Origin: Felis catus
Lineage: Eukaryota
Reading direction: 5' to 3'
Assembly: GCF_018350175.1 (NCBI RefSeq)
Contig: NC_058371.1
Coordinates: 35,836,001 to 35,900,000, forward strand
DNA length: 64,000 bases
In this document: in pieces, positions 11,363 through 32,530 of the stretch
How the letters are laid out: every line of letters begins with the position of its first letter
Position numbering within the stretch: the first letter of the stretch is position 1
Program-made: the position numbers and the translations under genes
Notes under the pieces: generated by a model
The model's database searches: none
What the model was told of the DNA's origin: nothing
The model's input: the letters and a program-made list of their open reading frames with translations, nothing else

Positions 11363-14042
11363 TTTTGATAGCAGATTCCACACCTGACAGTTCTTTCTTA
11401 TACCTTAGCAGCCTTGCACAGGGATGGGTGTGGTGACTGATGGGGTCCCAATCCCCTCTTCCTTGAATCTCATCTGCTTGGTGCTGCCTATGACCCTATT
11501 CCTCTGTGTTCCTCTTTTTATACCCTCAGATCCTAAATTTGCCTTGGGAATGCTACTCATTCCAGTATAATCCACTTTCTGGACCTTCTATTTCTCCCTT
11601 CTGTCCCTTTATCTCCTTCCTCAAAGCCACTTCTTTTGCTTTGTTGTACTAAACCAAATCTACTAATGGCTGCATCCTTTCTCTTGGGTTCCCCTCCACT
11701 TGCCAGGCCAGATGGTCTCTATAGTGCCTTTACCTTGGAACTTCCATAAGTGTGTAAGTCAGAGCCCCACCCTCACTCCTCTAGGCCTAACTCCCTTGTC
11801 CTCCTGACACTTTACCTCCAACACTTCCCCCCAGTTCCTGTCCCTGCCCTGGGGGCTCCCTCCACACCTTGGCCCTACCATTCAGTCATGAGCTGACCCC
11901 CAGCTCTCCAGCACTGGCAGGTTGCCCTTCCCCACAAGGACCCTCTCTCCAGCTGGAGGGCCTTCAGCCTCCAGGTTGCACAACAGCATGGCATCTGAGC
12001 TGAGAGTGCCTGAGAAGCTCAGGGAAGGAGAGAGGGAAGGGAAGGGTGTTTGCTCCCACCACCCTCCAATAGCCCCAACTACCCCTTTAAATATTTGCCA
12101 AAACCTCTCACAGCAAGTGTCCTAGGAGGAGTGAAGTGGGGAAGGGTCCAGGAAGGAGGGGGAAGCATCCTCCTCTCAACTGTGTGTAGCCTCGGCTGGC
12201 TGTGAGCAGGTGCCAGATGTAGGAGACAGCTGCCTGCAGTGCCCACCCCTGCCCGCCCCTGGTTGTCCAGGCAACGCTGGGATTGATTGGCTGACTCACA
12301 TGCACTGGGCCTAAGCCAGGTGGGCAGGAGGCCAGCAGGAGAGACAAGGAGGACTGCAAGCATCTCGGGGTCCCTGCGGGCATCTCAGGGGGCCGCATGG
12401 TCCAGCTGTGGAGCTTGTTCTGAGCAGGCGCTGTGTGTAGGGCTTGCCGTCATCAGCTGGTGCGGGGAAAGGAATCTCTGTTGGAAAGAAGCCTCTGCTC
12501 TCTCAGGTCCTCAGTCTCCCCTGCAGGCTGCCCTTGGGCTGTAATTCTCACAAGCTTTATGGTCCCCCCCCCCCACACACACACACACTTGTTTTTGCCT
12601 GTTCAGCAATTGGCGAAAGAACGTTGCCCTCAAATTTCATAAGGGGAGTCCAGATGCTAGCACTGAGACTTCTGGAACTGACCCAGTAGAGGTCTTGCGG
12701 TCCTCGTCTTCCTTCTCAGGAAGCGAGGAGGGACCTTTAGCTGAGCACGCATAGCTATCACCTCAGCCCCAACAACAGCCCTCTGTTGTAGACTTCTCAT
12801 GTCTTGGTCATTACTGAGGCCATTTTTCTCCCCTGGAAATACCACCCTTGATGCCTCTCCACCTCTCTGAGAGCCACCCACCCTAAAAGGCCAGACAAGA
12901 GCCAATCGCACCTGCTCTGTGACCACACCACTCCAGGCGGTGCCCCATCCCTCCTCCAAAATCTCCCAGTCTCCTGCTGCTCTTTAACCTGCCAGTTAGC
13001 ATCCACTGCTGTGCTCCTCAGCTATGTGGGTGCTTATTGTTGCCCTATGTTCCCTGGGACTGGCCCTGAGACCATGCTCCCCCGAGGATTCTGTGTATCT
13101 GTTGCAGGGCAAGGAGCATGCACACAGCCAACATGGAATTATATTCAGTGGTATAGCCAAACATCAAGTGGCTCTTGGCCAACAGTCGATAGTTTGTTCC
13201 TGCAGTATGTGGACATTGCAATGCTTCACTGACAGCTCTGGGACCCTAAAGGAGTCATTCTGCCTTTCTAGGCTTTAGTGTGGACAACTGTGAAATGGGA
13301 CCAGTCTGCCCATTCTGTCTCTCTCTCCAAGCTCTTGTGAGGATTCAATGACATCATCAAGCTGATCATCATGATTATCATCATCTACTTCGCTGACCGC
13401 CCCCCCAAGACATCTCTTCTCATTAGCTGACAGTAGGACCCAGACTCCCTCTTTTTGTCTGTCTCCAGGTTAAATCCCTCTGGGAGAACCTTGGGTGATG
13501 TAAGCCCTATGGTAGCCACTCCTTTTATGTGTGCCTCCTCTTTTCTTCCTTCCAGCTCTTCAGCTGCAGGGGTTAGGACAAGATTCACTCTGCCCTTTGT
13601 GTGCTGGGCAGAGCCGTGCCAGGGACCAGTGGGGACGGCTGCCCAGCTGCCCCAACCACGTTCCCCACCCCCATTGCTTGTATTCCCACAAGCTGGCATG
13701 GGAGGGCAGCACGGGCAGCTGGATGGGCATTGGCAAGTGAGCATCAAAGGGAAGGGACATCCCTGGTTGAGAGAATATGGACATAAGCTCCTACCAGAGA
13801 GGCCCCCACTGGCAGAGGCTGGGGACAGCTGGGGACACATCTTAAACCCAGTGATCTTGATCTCAGTTTCCTGGCTTGATGTGGAAAGAATACCAGACTG
13901 AGAGCCCAGCCAACCTGACCAAGTCTCCCCTTGTCCTGTACCTGTGAACTTTTGGTATAGTCAGTCCCCATGAGGACCCCCAGGGAGGTATAGAGCAGCG
14001 GTTCTCAAACATTTTGAGAACATCCTTCTTCTTCTTCTTCTT

Positions 14043-14467
14043 CTTTTTAAAGTTTATTTGGTTTTTGAGAGAGAGAAAGAGAGAGAGAGAGTGAAAGCGT
14101 GTGTGTGAGCTGGGGAGGGGCAGAGAGAGAGGGAGACAGAATCCTAAGCAAGATCCTGACAGTGCAGAGCCCTATGCAGATCATGACCTGAGTTGCAATC
14201 AAAAGTCAGACACTTGGGGCGCCTGGGTGGCGCAGTCGGTTAAGCTTCCGACTTCAGCCAGGTCACGATCTCACGGTCTGTGAGTTTGAGCCCCGCGTCG
14301 GGCTCTGGGCTGATGGCTCAGAGCCTGGAGCCTGTTTCCGATTCTGTGTCTCCCTCTCTCTCTGCCCCTCCCCTGTTCATGCTCTGTCTCTCTCTGTCCC
14401 AAAAATAAATAAATGTTGGAAAAAAAAAAAAGTCACACACTTAACCAACTGGGTCACCCAGATGCCC
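14043..14467 (-). mobile_element. Older Can-SINE, split by a younger SINE inserted at 14216-14430
   Basis: Poly-T/tttattt tail at 14043, (GA)n, body to 14215; the head resumes at 14443 (aaccaactgggtcacccagatgccc). Confidence 0.8.
14216..14430 (+). mobile_element. Young feliform Can-SINE (SINEC_Fc-like)
   Basis: ggggcgcctgggtggcgcagtcggttaag head, (CT)n, aataaa and poly-A. TSD aaaagtca(g/c)acactt at 14201 and about 14428. Confidence 0.92.
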
Positions 14468-14675
14468 TGGACCCCTTAAAATTCTTAAAAAATACTGAGG
14501 GCCCCAAAGAGCTTTTGTTTAGGTTATTTTTAAATGTTAATTAATTAATGAAAAATGCGATAAACTCATTCTATGTTTTAACATAAATAACATAATTTTT
14601 AAATAAATTTATTTTACAAAGCAAAAGAAATTAGAAGCAAGAATGTTGTTGCCTTGCATTTCTGTAAATCTCTTT

Positions 14676-14882
14676 ATTTTTTTTAATGTTTATTTTTGAG
14701 ACAGAGAGAGAGAGAGCATGAACAGGGGAGGGTCAGAGAAAGAGGGAGACACAGACTCTGAAACAGGCTCCAGGCTCTGAGCTGTCAGCACAGAGCCGAC
14801 ACGGGGCTCGGACCCACAGACCACGAGATCATGACCTGAGCTGAAGTCAGACACTTAACCGACTGAGCCACCCAGGCGCCCC
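14676..14882 (-). mobile_element. Can-SINE
   Basis: Complete element with TSD tctgtaaatctcttta at 14661 and 14883. Confidence 0.9.
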
Positions 14883-14916
14883 TCTGTAAATCTCTTTAAT
14901 TTTTGGCTTAAAAAAA

Positions 14917-15126
14917 TTTTTTTTAGTGTTTATTATTTTTGAACGAGAGTGAGACAGAGAACAAGCAGGGGCGGGGCAGAGAGAGAGGGAAACACAGAAT
15001 CTGAAGCAGATTCCAGGCTCTGAGCTGTCAGCACAGAGCCCAACATGGGACTCAAACTCATGAGATGTGAGATAATGACCTGAGCTGAAGTTGGATGCTC
15101 AATCGACTGAGCCACCCAGGCGCCCC
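14917..15126 (-). mobile_element. Can-SINE
   Basis: Complete element with TSD taattt(t/c)tggcttaa at about 14897 and 15127. Confidence 0.9.
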
Positions 15127-15623
15127 TAATTTCTGGCTTAATAGAAGATATATTGTGTAGCCTCTGGAAAATTCCAGGATACTTTTGTGAAAGCATGAAA
15201 GTGAAAAGGTGAAATTATGTTCTAACATTATTAGGACAATTGTTTTGACCTCAGCGACTCCCTGGAAGGTTCTCAAGGCCCCCTGGACTCCCTGGACCAC
15301 ACTTTGAAGACTCCTGGTGTAGAAGTATGACTGTGAACTTTGGCATTGGGCACTGTGGGTTGAAATCCTGGTTCTGTCGCTTTCTTCAGGTACTATCAGC
15401 CTCACTCCTCTTATCTGTAAAAGGGGGCTTACTATCATCCTCAAAAGGTTGGAAGGGTTACATGCCTAGAGGGCACACCACACAGTGGATGTGACATCTG
15501 CTGTGGAAAGCTTGGCTGCTTTCCTCCAAGTTTGGGCCTCAGTTTCCTCATTTGTGACAAAGAGATGGACTGGAAAACACCCAAAGCTCTTCCCAGCTTC
15601 AACAGTCTGTGGTTGGGTAGTGA

Positions 15624-23330
<7,707 letters not shown>

Positions 23331-24678
23331 AGGGGTGCCGAGGCCTCTGTGTTCCTCGGGCAGCCACTCGAGGCTGAACAGAAGTCTCTGTGTGAGCAGC
23401 ATGTGTGCCCATGTGAAGACACATGTAGCCAACCTGTGTACATGCCCTCACATACACCCTCCACACTCCCCATGAGCATGGGCCACACTGTGGACTGGCC
23501 CAAGAGAGCCACTTGTCATAGTTGTAATCAGCATGAAGACTTGTATACGCACCAGGCAACCCAGCAACTCTGTGCCCTCTCATATGTGGACACTTGTCGG
23601 CCCCACACCCTACCTGAAGGCCCCCCCTTGGTCTGCTGCTTTCCCTGTGCTCTGGCCCCAGGGAAGGAGTACGGGAAGGAAGGGCAGGGCCACCCCCCCT
23701 CTTGTTTTTCAGCTTATTCTTCCTACTCCGCAGTTTCTCCTGTTGGTGCTCCAGGTGTCTGTTTACCTACTTGTGCTTTGCCCTGCAGCCCACAGCCACA
23801 TCCTTCACACTGCTGGACTCACTCACCCATGCTGTACTTCTGCATGCACACATGGACACACGCACACACACCTGCTGACACTCCCATTTCTGTGTGCACA
23901 CATGCAGGTTCAGTGCTGCCTAAAGAGGCTCTCTTTCATCACCTTGCCTCTCTTCTTGGAGAAGACACACAGTACCCACCCTCCTCTGCTCATCCCTGGT
24001 GTGCCCACCCTGTAGCTGATAAGGATGGGAATGGTGGTGCCAGCCTCTGGACACCAGCTTGATCTCCTGGGGGCAAAGCCCCTCTGCCCAAAGCAATAAC
24101 AACAGCAGACCCTGACTTCTTCTTAGGGCTCTCTGTTCTTACTGGAGTTTCCTGCTCTGATCCTGAATGCCGCTCACCTGTGGACAGGAGACCACCCAGA
24201 TAAAAGCCTTCCAGCTTTTCTTTACTATAGCTGCCGAAGCCTCAGACCACCCTGTCGTTCAGCCCCACCTTTGGGATTGGACCTTGAGCTGTGTAGGCTC
24301 CTTTAGGTGGGTCCAAGAGCTGGCCGAGCCAGGGACTCTGCAAACATGAGCCAACTGGGTGGGTGCCAAGAGTAGAGCAGGGCTAGAGAGCATCTTGGGG
24401 GATCTTGGGACCTCTCTAGTCCACAGAGACAGGCCCCAGGTGCATTGCCTTCTAAAGCAAGCTGAGTGGTGGAGGGGGTGAGGGTCCTGTGGGAGTAGCA
24501 CCTGGGAGTCAAGCTTCTGCTGCCCTCTGCTGTATGCTGGGAATAGGTAGTTCTGAGCTGGAGGCCAGTGGAGAAGGCACAGGGTGGGGAAACGTCCCTG
24601 TGCCCAGGCTGTGTAAGGGCGTACTGGTGGCAAGATGCCCAGGGGCACTTGGGGGCAATGTTACGACTCACTGCTGCA

Positions 24679-24684
24679 AATAAA
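24679..24684 (+). terminator. LGI3 polyadenylation signal
   Basis: First AATAAA seen after the stop, about 1.35 kb downstream, followed by GT-rich sequence. Confidence 0.7.
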
Positions 24685-27600
24685 AATTTCCTACCCCATT
24701 GCTGGCTCTCAGGTGTCCAGTGGCTTTGGTGGTAGCTGTTTCACTGAGAACAGAGCCAGGGCTGTGCTCTCTGTCCCTGCTGTTCACGGAGGTGTTGGGG
24801 GGGGGGGGCAGCATTAGTGTTCAGACTCCCTTCTTCCATGTTCTCTTTCCTTGGAGGAGCAAGTGGGCACCCCAATATCAGCTGGTCCTGGAGTGAGGAG
24901 TTCATGGTGATGATACTCAGGTGCAGAGAAAGTGTGACTAGTCTCTACCACCTGTGGCTGACTCATGACCCAGCTGTTTCTTCCTGGAGATCACAGTCTC
25001 GGGGCCCACTGAGATTGGAGTCTGTCCCTCTGTGAGGTCAACTCCAACCAACATAGCCAAAGACAAGCTCAGCAGTCCCTCTCCTCTCCTCTCCCCTTCC
25101 CCCATTGCTGCCAGCCCTGCCCTATGTGTGAGATTTCAAGCAAGTTGACTGATTTCCCTGGCCTTTGGTTTCTCCTTCTGTAAAGTAGATAATAAAACGT
25201 ACACTGTCAGTTCTTGATTCTGCCACTTACTAGCAGTGGTGGCCTCAACCCTGTTACTTAGCCTATTTGTATCTCAGTTTTCTCATCTATGAAAGGTGGA
25301 TAATCGAGATACATACCTGACAGGGTTAGTGTGAAATGTAAATGCATTAAATATACAATACATTAATATATGAAAGACCCTTGGAATAGTGTGTCTGTCA
25401 CAGAATTATGATTTGTATTGGTCTTTAGGACCATATGAGATACAGAGGTGGCTCCGAGAAGAGTGCTTGGTGGGAGAGAAGGTTGATCTTTGGGGAGAAT
25501 TGCCGTCTGTGGCTGAGGGTTCCTTAGCCATCAGTCTCAGAGCCCCTGTGCCTTATGTCTCACCTGTAGCCTCAGATGCCCAGCCAAGCCTGCCCCTGAC
25601 CAGTCCTCAAAGTGGAGTCTCATAGGTGACATGTCTGGGTTTCCACCTCTTCAAACCACATTCATGTGTTCTTGGCTTAGCAGGTGCCCCTCAGGCCCCA
25701 CAGCCATACTGTCCTGGGAATTCCTGTTCTGCTTTTTCAAATGGGCAATGGACCCTCATATTGTGCCAGGGAGAAGTTGCCAGGGAAAGTGGGTTGAGTC
25801 TCTCAGACACGTTGGCACTCTGTTGCCCAGTAGGAAGATAAACATCATTCTGTCACTTCCCCCCAGGACTCCTTCTAGGGGTGGGAGACACTTCTCTCCC
25901 CAAATGCCCAGCTTTCTGCTATATGCCTGCCTGGTCACCTGCCCTGGGGGTTCATCTGTGTGTCCAGAGAGTTGCTCAGCAACCCAGTGTAGCTGGGTGA
26001 CTGTGTCAACATCTCATGACCAAAGGCCGTGAGAGGCAGAGTCCACTCACTCTGCCAAAGCCAAGAAGAATGATACCCCCCAGCTGCCAGCCACATGCCC
26101 CTCCATGCTGAGTCCTGCTCTCAGGAGCAAACCTCTGATGTCCCTTAGATTTCCTAAGCACAGTCATCAGGACCAGGAGTCTCCATGTGAGAGACCTTCC
26201 CGGCTGGGTAGCCTTCAAATAGGTACAGGGGAGGTCTTTGCCAGCAAGTAGGGGTAGATGCTGAGGTCAGGGCAGGTGACTCTGGAAGGCAGCTGGGAAG
26301 GAGGTGGTTCTGTAGCAGGTACCAAAGGACCCAAGGCACGCATGCACACAGTCAGCCTAGTACCCTTTTCTCCAGAGGAATGGGTGTCCCTTCCCTCTTC
26401 CGCAACCTCCTTGTTCCTTCTGAGCTGGCCCCCTATTAAGTCAGTCACATCCTTCTGCTCCAAGGACACAAGGATGTGTCTCCTTGATGAACCTCAACTT
26501 TCACCTCGATCACAATGTCTGTGCCTAGAGATAGATGGTGGGATCCTAGCCTGTGGTGTCTCTTGTTCTTCCAACATAGGGTGGGAGCAAGGCCCAGGGT
26601 GAGGGGGTGGTTAGATTGGAAGAGCAGGCCTCAGGGGAGTTTCTCCTGTGGGTCAGTTTCACTGCTAGCTCTCACACCCAGCAACACCAATAAAATTGAT
26701 GATAGTAATTAAAAGAACATAATTACCACGAGTTTATTTATTCCCAGGAAGCCTCCTTTCCCTGGTCCCAGTCATTACCTGTTCCATCCTTTCCATAGGT
26801 GGTGGGTGTTAACTATAGCTCTAATAAAAAGTAATAACTGCCAAAGTTGCCCACCTCCATGGCTCTGGGGAACTCTGCTGTCTCCTTCACACCAGCCCTA
26901 TGAAGCAGAGGGGAGGTGGCACAGGGTCTAGGTGGGGGAGGCAAGGTCCTCATTGCCCGAGGGAGGAATGGAGTGCTACGCAAAAGAGGTACAAGGAGTG
27001 CAATCCTATATACAAAGTTCTAGAGGCAACAACTTTTGCCTTCTCTTTTGAGCTTCCACCTTCTTCCCCATATGCACCTCCCCCCAGAGGAGCTTCTGAG
27101 TTCCCTGTCCCCTTCCAAGCTGGAGCTCAGAAGACTTGATAAGCCAAGCATTATCATCCAGCAATAAATACCACCAGGTGAAGTTACTTTTCATCGCAGA
27201 GGGAATGTATTTCCTAAATGGTAAAAAAGGGATCTTTGTAAAGCTCAAGACCCTGCATACAAAAACTTGCTACAAAGTGGCAATTGTTGATATGATTAAG
27301 CTCTTAGGGATATTTGTGTTCTTGACTCCCAGGAATAGGTGGAATTTCAAATTTCTGGTGAAGAAGGCATGGGGAGTGCGGGTGCTCAGGGCTCTGCGGA
27401 GAATCTCTCAAATCATCATGGTCAGCCCACCCAGATATGTGGGCTCTGGAGAGGTAACTCTGAGAGACGTCAACTCCTGAAGCCCACTCTTCAGGGTGAA
27501 TCTCATGGGGATGTTGAGCCCCTCAGATCCCCTCTCCCTACTTCCTCCTGCTTTCGCTCTAGGTCAACTCAGCGTCTTTGAGGCACTCACGCATCTCCTG

Positions 27601-27899
27601 GCCCGGTGGTGCAAGACCTGGATTTGTCCAGGCCTAGCCTCCTTCCGAGTGTGCGTGAGCCTGGAAGCGGGGTCCTGCATCCATCCCATGCCCTTTCTCA
27701 TTTTACAGAAAGGAAAGACAAGGCAAAAGGAGGAAGCCGGTTTTCTGAGAAAACTCTGGAATCCAAATTTCCTTCTTTTCCTCCTCCCCACCTTTTTGTC
27801 GCTGTTTCCCACCCTCTAATCTTTGCAATCAGGGCTGCTACTCAACCTATGGACCCCATCCACAAGTAGGAGGTGCATCGCCCCTTTAAGGGGCAGGCC

Positions 27900-28500
27900 C
27901 CTGGCCTCCCTGACCTCGTCCCGCCCCCTCAGGGGCCGCACTGCGCCTGCGCCGAGCGCCGGAGACCTGGGGTTGGGCAGAACCCAGTTCCGTGCAACTT
28001 TCAAGTGAGTTGGAAACTCCGCCCCGAGGCCGGAGCCGGTGGCCCAGCGCTCTGAGACCTCGGGGACCCGAACAAACGAAGGCCTTGACCGCAACCCGCT
28101 GCCTGGGACGCAGCAGCGCCGCGGGGAGCGTCGAACAGCTGGTTCTCCGCAGCAGGAAGTGCGGGTGGGAGCCGTAACTGCCCCGGCAGCGCGGCGAGGC
28201 GGCAGAGCGCGCCCGCCCTTACCGGCTCCCTAGTCGGTTTCTCCGAGCCCCGGCTTCCTCGCCTCAGCCCACGGGTCTCCCCATTCTTCAGGCTCCCTGC
28301 ACTGCAGATTTAAGGGGCGGCCGGCTCCGCCTCTGCCAAGGGGCAGCCGGAACGCCCCTCTGGTTCTCGCCCTTCCGCTGATTACCCCATCCCAGCCCTG
28401 CGTGAGCGTCCCTCTAGGCATCTTGTAGGGGTTCTCCCTTCGTCCTGAGGCTGCGGGATGGTGTCCTGGATGATCTGTCGCCTGGTAGTGTGAGTATGGC
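27900..28500 (+). promoter_or_regulatory. CpG island / REEP4 promoter with ETS (caggaagtg, 28153) and GC-box motifs
   Basis: CpG-dense; motifs read directly. Confidence 0.75.
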
Positions 28501-31500
28501 CGCTTTCATACCCCCTCTACCTCCAGGTGCCAGGCCGCCCTTGAGGTGGAAGATGGGAACATCTGGTGGGAAAGGGGCTTTTAGTGCCCGCAAGGGTTAA
28601 CGGACCTTCAGGCCTACCGCGTGGCATCGGGCACCCGTGCTTGTACTCTACCCCCAAAGCCTTCTTGGCTCATGGCGACCGCCCTCTCCCCCGCCCCCCG
28701 CAGTCACATACACTGCAGACAGGAGTGTGGGACAGAGGACCTCACACCAGCCTGCAGCCCCTTGGCAAACAAGGTGTTGTGGCACGTTGTGGGCGGAGAT
28801 TTCAGGTGCCTGCTTCCTGTCTGAGCAGTCACATGACTCACCACCCTGGCCTCAGCCTCCCCACTCTGTCCTACCTTTCAGTACTCCAGCACCTGGCTCC
28901 AAGATCCCTGTCTGCAGCCTGGCAGTGCCAGGTCTGGTGGCCCTGATTGCGTGTCCATGGGAGGGGACAGCCTGGCCCTCTCACCAGCTCAGGAGCCTGC
29001 TTCCCACCTACCTGCTGTGTGTGCTCCCGCTCAATAATGCACCCATAGGCCACTGGTGCAGGCTTGGGCAGGCTTGGACTGTTTGTAAACAGCAGGGTGG
29101 GGAGGTGGCCTCCAGGGCACTGACTCAGGCACAGGTTGTGCAAGCCAAGCAAGAAGAACAGGGTAGGCCCTTGCTACTTCACACCTTTCAGGGAAGTGGC
29201 CACCTGGTGGGGGGGGGGGAGGGCATGATGCCCCTCATACTCGCCCTCTGTTTTCTAGGCTGGTGTTTGGGATGCTGTACCCAGCTTATGCTTCCTACAA
29301 GGCTGTGAAGACCAAGAACATACGTGAATATGTGAGTGTGGCTGTGGGCAGGAGAGCTTGGTTCAGGTTGGATGGGATGACAGTCAACCTTGGGGGGTAT
29401 GGTAGGCCTTGGCAAGGTGGGGACGGTCTGACCTGGCCTCCCCTTCCTCCAGGAGCATAAGCAGGTGCGTGTAGAGTGGGTGTGGTTGGAGGGCAGGCTG
29501 TGGGGGTGCCTGTGCAGAATCTTGTGGGTGAAGCTTCTTGGGGGTGGGTACAGGAATGAGTGGCAGTTTCTCAGAGGCACCTCTCTAGGGCCAGCCAGGT
29601 GCCAGGAGAATGCAGTAGGACAGGCTCTCTGGAATCTCTGGGTCAGCCTGGGACAGGGGAGTTGGCTCTGCAGGCTCAGCTGTTGGCCTCTGACACCCCC
29701 CACCCCCACCCCCAGGTGCGGTGGATGATGTACTGGATAGTCTTTGCACTGTTCATGGCAGTGGAAACCTTCACAGACATCTTTATTTCCTGGTATGCAT
29801 GCAGGGGGTCTGTGGGCTGTGGGGAGATGATGGCCCACTCTTGGCCCAGCTCCCTGGCTGACCTTACTCCCGCTGTGCTCTGACAGGTTCCCTTTCTACT
29901 ATGAGATCAAGATGGCCTTTGTGCTATGGCTGCTCTCGCCTTACACCAAAGGGGCCAGCCTGCTTTACCGAAAGTTTGTCCACCCATCCTTATCCCGTCA
30001 TGAGAAGGTACCTCGGGGGGAGCCAGGGAGGGAAACATAGGGGTGGGTGTGAAGGAAAGAGCCTTGGACTCGGGGTTCAGGACGCTGGGTGAAACCTGGG
30101 TTCTAATCTGACTCCTGCTGCCCTTCAGCTGTGGGACCTTGATAGAACCTAGTCTTCTTCCTCTTCTGTGATAATCAAATGGGGGCACAGGTGAATGAGC
30201 ATTTGAAGGTGTGAAACACCAGCTGGAAGTTGTGTTGGGGATGGTGGGAGGAGGCTGAGCATGGTCATTCACTGAAGCATGGGAATGTCTGCTCTTGGTG
30301 TGGTTGCTAGTGCACTGTAGGCAGGGGTGGGCAGGGAGGCATGGCACACACTGGCTTCTCTGGGGCTGCAGAGGAGGAGTGACTTCAGTCTTCAGGTGTC
30401 CACCTGAGCTCTCTCCCCTTCCCGGCCCCTACAGGAGATTGACACCTGCATCGTGCAGGCCAAGGAGCGCAGCTATGAGACGATGCTCAGCTTTGGGAAA
30501 CGGGGCCTCAACATTGCTGCTTCGGCTGCTGTACAGGCTGCCACCAAGGTACCTTGGGCCCCAGCCCTTCAGCAGTCCTCCCAACCTCGTGCCTTTTGGG
30601 CGAGTCCAGCTCTCTATCAGGGAGCTGAGAGAGAAGCAGCTGACCATGCCAGGGAACAGGATGAGAGGTGACAGTGGGGTGTTGGCAGGAGCGTGGAGCG
30701 GGAAGTTGACTTCCTTGGCTGGGATAGTGACTGAGTGGTTGCTCCTGCTCTCTGGGCCTGTTTCCTGTTGGTGCCACAAAGGCACGGGGCTAGAAGGTCA
30801 CTGGGTTGCTTTTAGTTCTGAGGCCTATGCCCCAGTGATTACCCACCAGTCAGCCCTTGATTTTCCTGAGTAGCTGCCCCGACTCAGACCCCTTCCTACT
30901 AGGATCCCCTGCCCCATTCCTCCAGGTGATACTGTGGTTCCCCATCACTTGCAGAGTCAGGGTGCACTGGCCGGAAGGCTGCGGAGCTTCTCCATGCAGG
31001 ACCTGCGCTCCATCCCTGATGCCCCTGCCCCTGCCTACCAGGATCCCCTCTACCTGGAGGACCAGGTACCTCGCCGCAGGCCGCCCATCGGTAAGTGGAC
31101 AGAGAGATCCAGAGCTGTTCCGGAAGGAATGCCTCTTCCATGCAAACTGTGGCTTCCCTAAGGGTTAGAAGGAGGTCTATCTTGGCCCTGGGCCTTCAGA
31201 CTATGGAAATGCCCAGCTTTGCCTTCCTGGCCTTCCTCTCCTCTATATAGGGTATAGGGCAGGGGGCCTGCAGGACAGCGACACTGAGGATGAGTGTTGG
31301 TCAGATACAGAGGCAGTCTCCCAGCCACCTGCCCGGCCCCGAGAGAAGCCTCTGAGCCGCAGCCAGAGCCTGCGTGTGGTCAAGAGGAAGCCACCCATGC
31401 GGGAGGTCAGTGGCAAGGAAGGCGCAAGGGAGGTGGGCTGTCCAGGTACTTAGCCTACCCCTCTCACGTAGTGCCTGCCCTCTCCCCGCAGGGCACCTCG

Positions 31501-31557
31501 CGCTCACTGAAGGTTCGGACAAGGAAAAAGACCATTTCCTCAGACATGAACAGCTAG
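28458..31557 (+). CDS. REEP4: Receptor expression-enhancing protein 4, 257 aa. Exons 28458-28489, 29259-29331, 29716-29792, 29887-30007, 30435-30548, 30955-31090, 31251-31405, 31492-31557
   Basis: [11 protein letters not shown]|[24 protein letters not shown]|[14 protein letters not shown]...|...[17 protein letters not shown]|[17 protein letters not shown]...|[23 protein letters not shown]2/DP1/HVA22 domain. Total 774 nt, in frame. Confidence 0.98.
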
Positions 31558-31913
31558 GGTCTTCAGAGCCTGGCTCAGTCTTACCTCTTGCCTTGTGGAG
31601 CACCGGGTACTGTTTGGAGGGGACCTCTGGCTGCATGTCTGACCTACCTGCACCAGCTGCTCAGGCTCTGCCCCCTCGGCTCCTGCTGCTGGCTAAGGGC
31701 TGGGTGCTGCCCAGGCCATGCACAGGACTATACCTGTAATGTACCAAAGCAGGCTGGGCCCAGGATTCTATTTATTGTCTTTCTCATCCTTCTACCTTCC
31801 CGGTGTGTGGGACCAGCGCCCTTCTCAAACCTCTGCAAATGAAACCAAAAGTCCACCCAGCTGTGTTCATTCCTTCCTGTCCTTCAAAGTACTTGACAGT
31901 TTCCTCCAAGGCC

Positions 31914-31947
31914 TGTGTGTGTGTGTGTGTCTGTGTGTGTGTGTGTG
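31914..31947 (+). repeat. Interrupted (TG)n in the REEP4 3' UTR, with AATAAA poly(A) signal at about 32004
   Basis: Read directly. Confidence 0.85.
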
Positions 31948-32295
31948 TCCTGGTTGTACGTTTTATGTTGGTAAATGAGGTCACGTTTATGCAAGTTTTG
32001 GTAAATAAATACATAAAAGTGGTCTGTTTGTCCTGGTTTGTACTCCTGGTCCTCATATTATTAAACAGCTTTCTACAGGCCAGTCCAGGCCTAGGATGGG
32101 GGCTCAAGGGACAGACAGACTGCCAGAGGGGCCCAGTCTAATGGGGGAGGTAGCCATTGACATATAGTTGTAATGGGTCAAGTACTGTCACAGGAAATTC
32201 TTGGAGACCTCTGAGAACATAGATGGGGGACAGAGGGACAGCCCTAAGAGGGGTCAGAGTCTAAGAAGACTGCAATCAGGAGATGGGGTTAGATC

Positions 32296-32530
32296 TTTTT
32301 TTTAATTTTTATTTATTTTATTTTTTAAATGTTTATTTATTTTTGAGACAGAGAGAGACAGAGCATGAACAGGGGAGGGGCAGAGAGAGAGGGAGACACA
32401 GAATCGGAAGTAGGCTCCAGGCTCTGAGCCATCAGCCCAGAGCCTGATGCGGGGCTCGAACCCACAGACTGTGAGACCATGACCCGAGCCGAAGTCGGAC
32501 GCTCAGCCGACTGAGCCACCCAGGCGCCCC
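32296..32530 (-). mobile_element. Young feliform Can-SINE with a perfect 20-bp TSD
   Basis: TSD aggagatggggttagatctt at 32278 and 32532; complete body. Confidence 0.93.

Larger units (their letters stand above)
13997..15316 (+). mobile_element. Old hAT-Charlie-like DNA transposon interrupted by four Can-SINEs
   Basis: Terminal inverted-repeat-like ends cagcggttctcaaac... and ...cacactttgaagactcctg. Internal ggaccccttaaaattcttaaaaaatactgagggccccaaagagcttttgttt is typical of Charlie-family MITEs. Subfamily not assignable without a search. Confidence 0.6.

Noticed and set aside
27136-27480. 114-aa basic/hydrophobic ORF upstream of REEP4
   Set aside because: TTG start, no recognisable domain or splice context.
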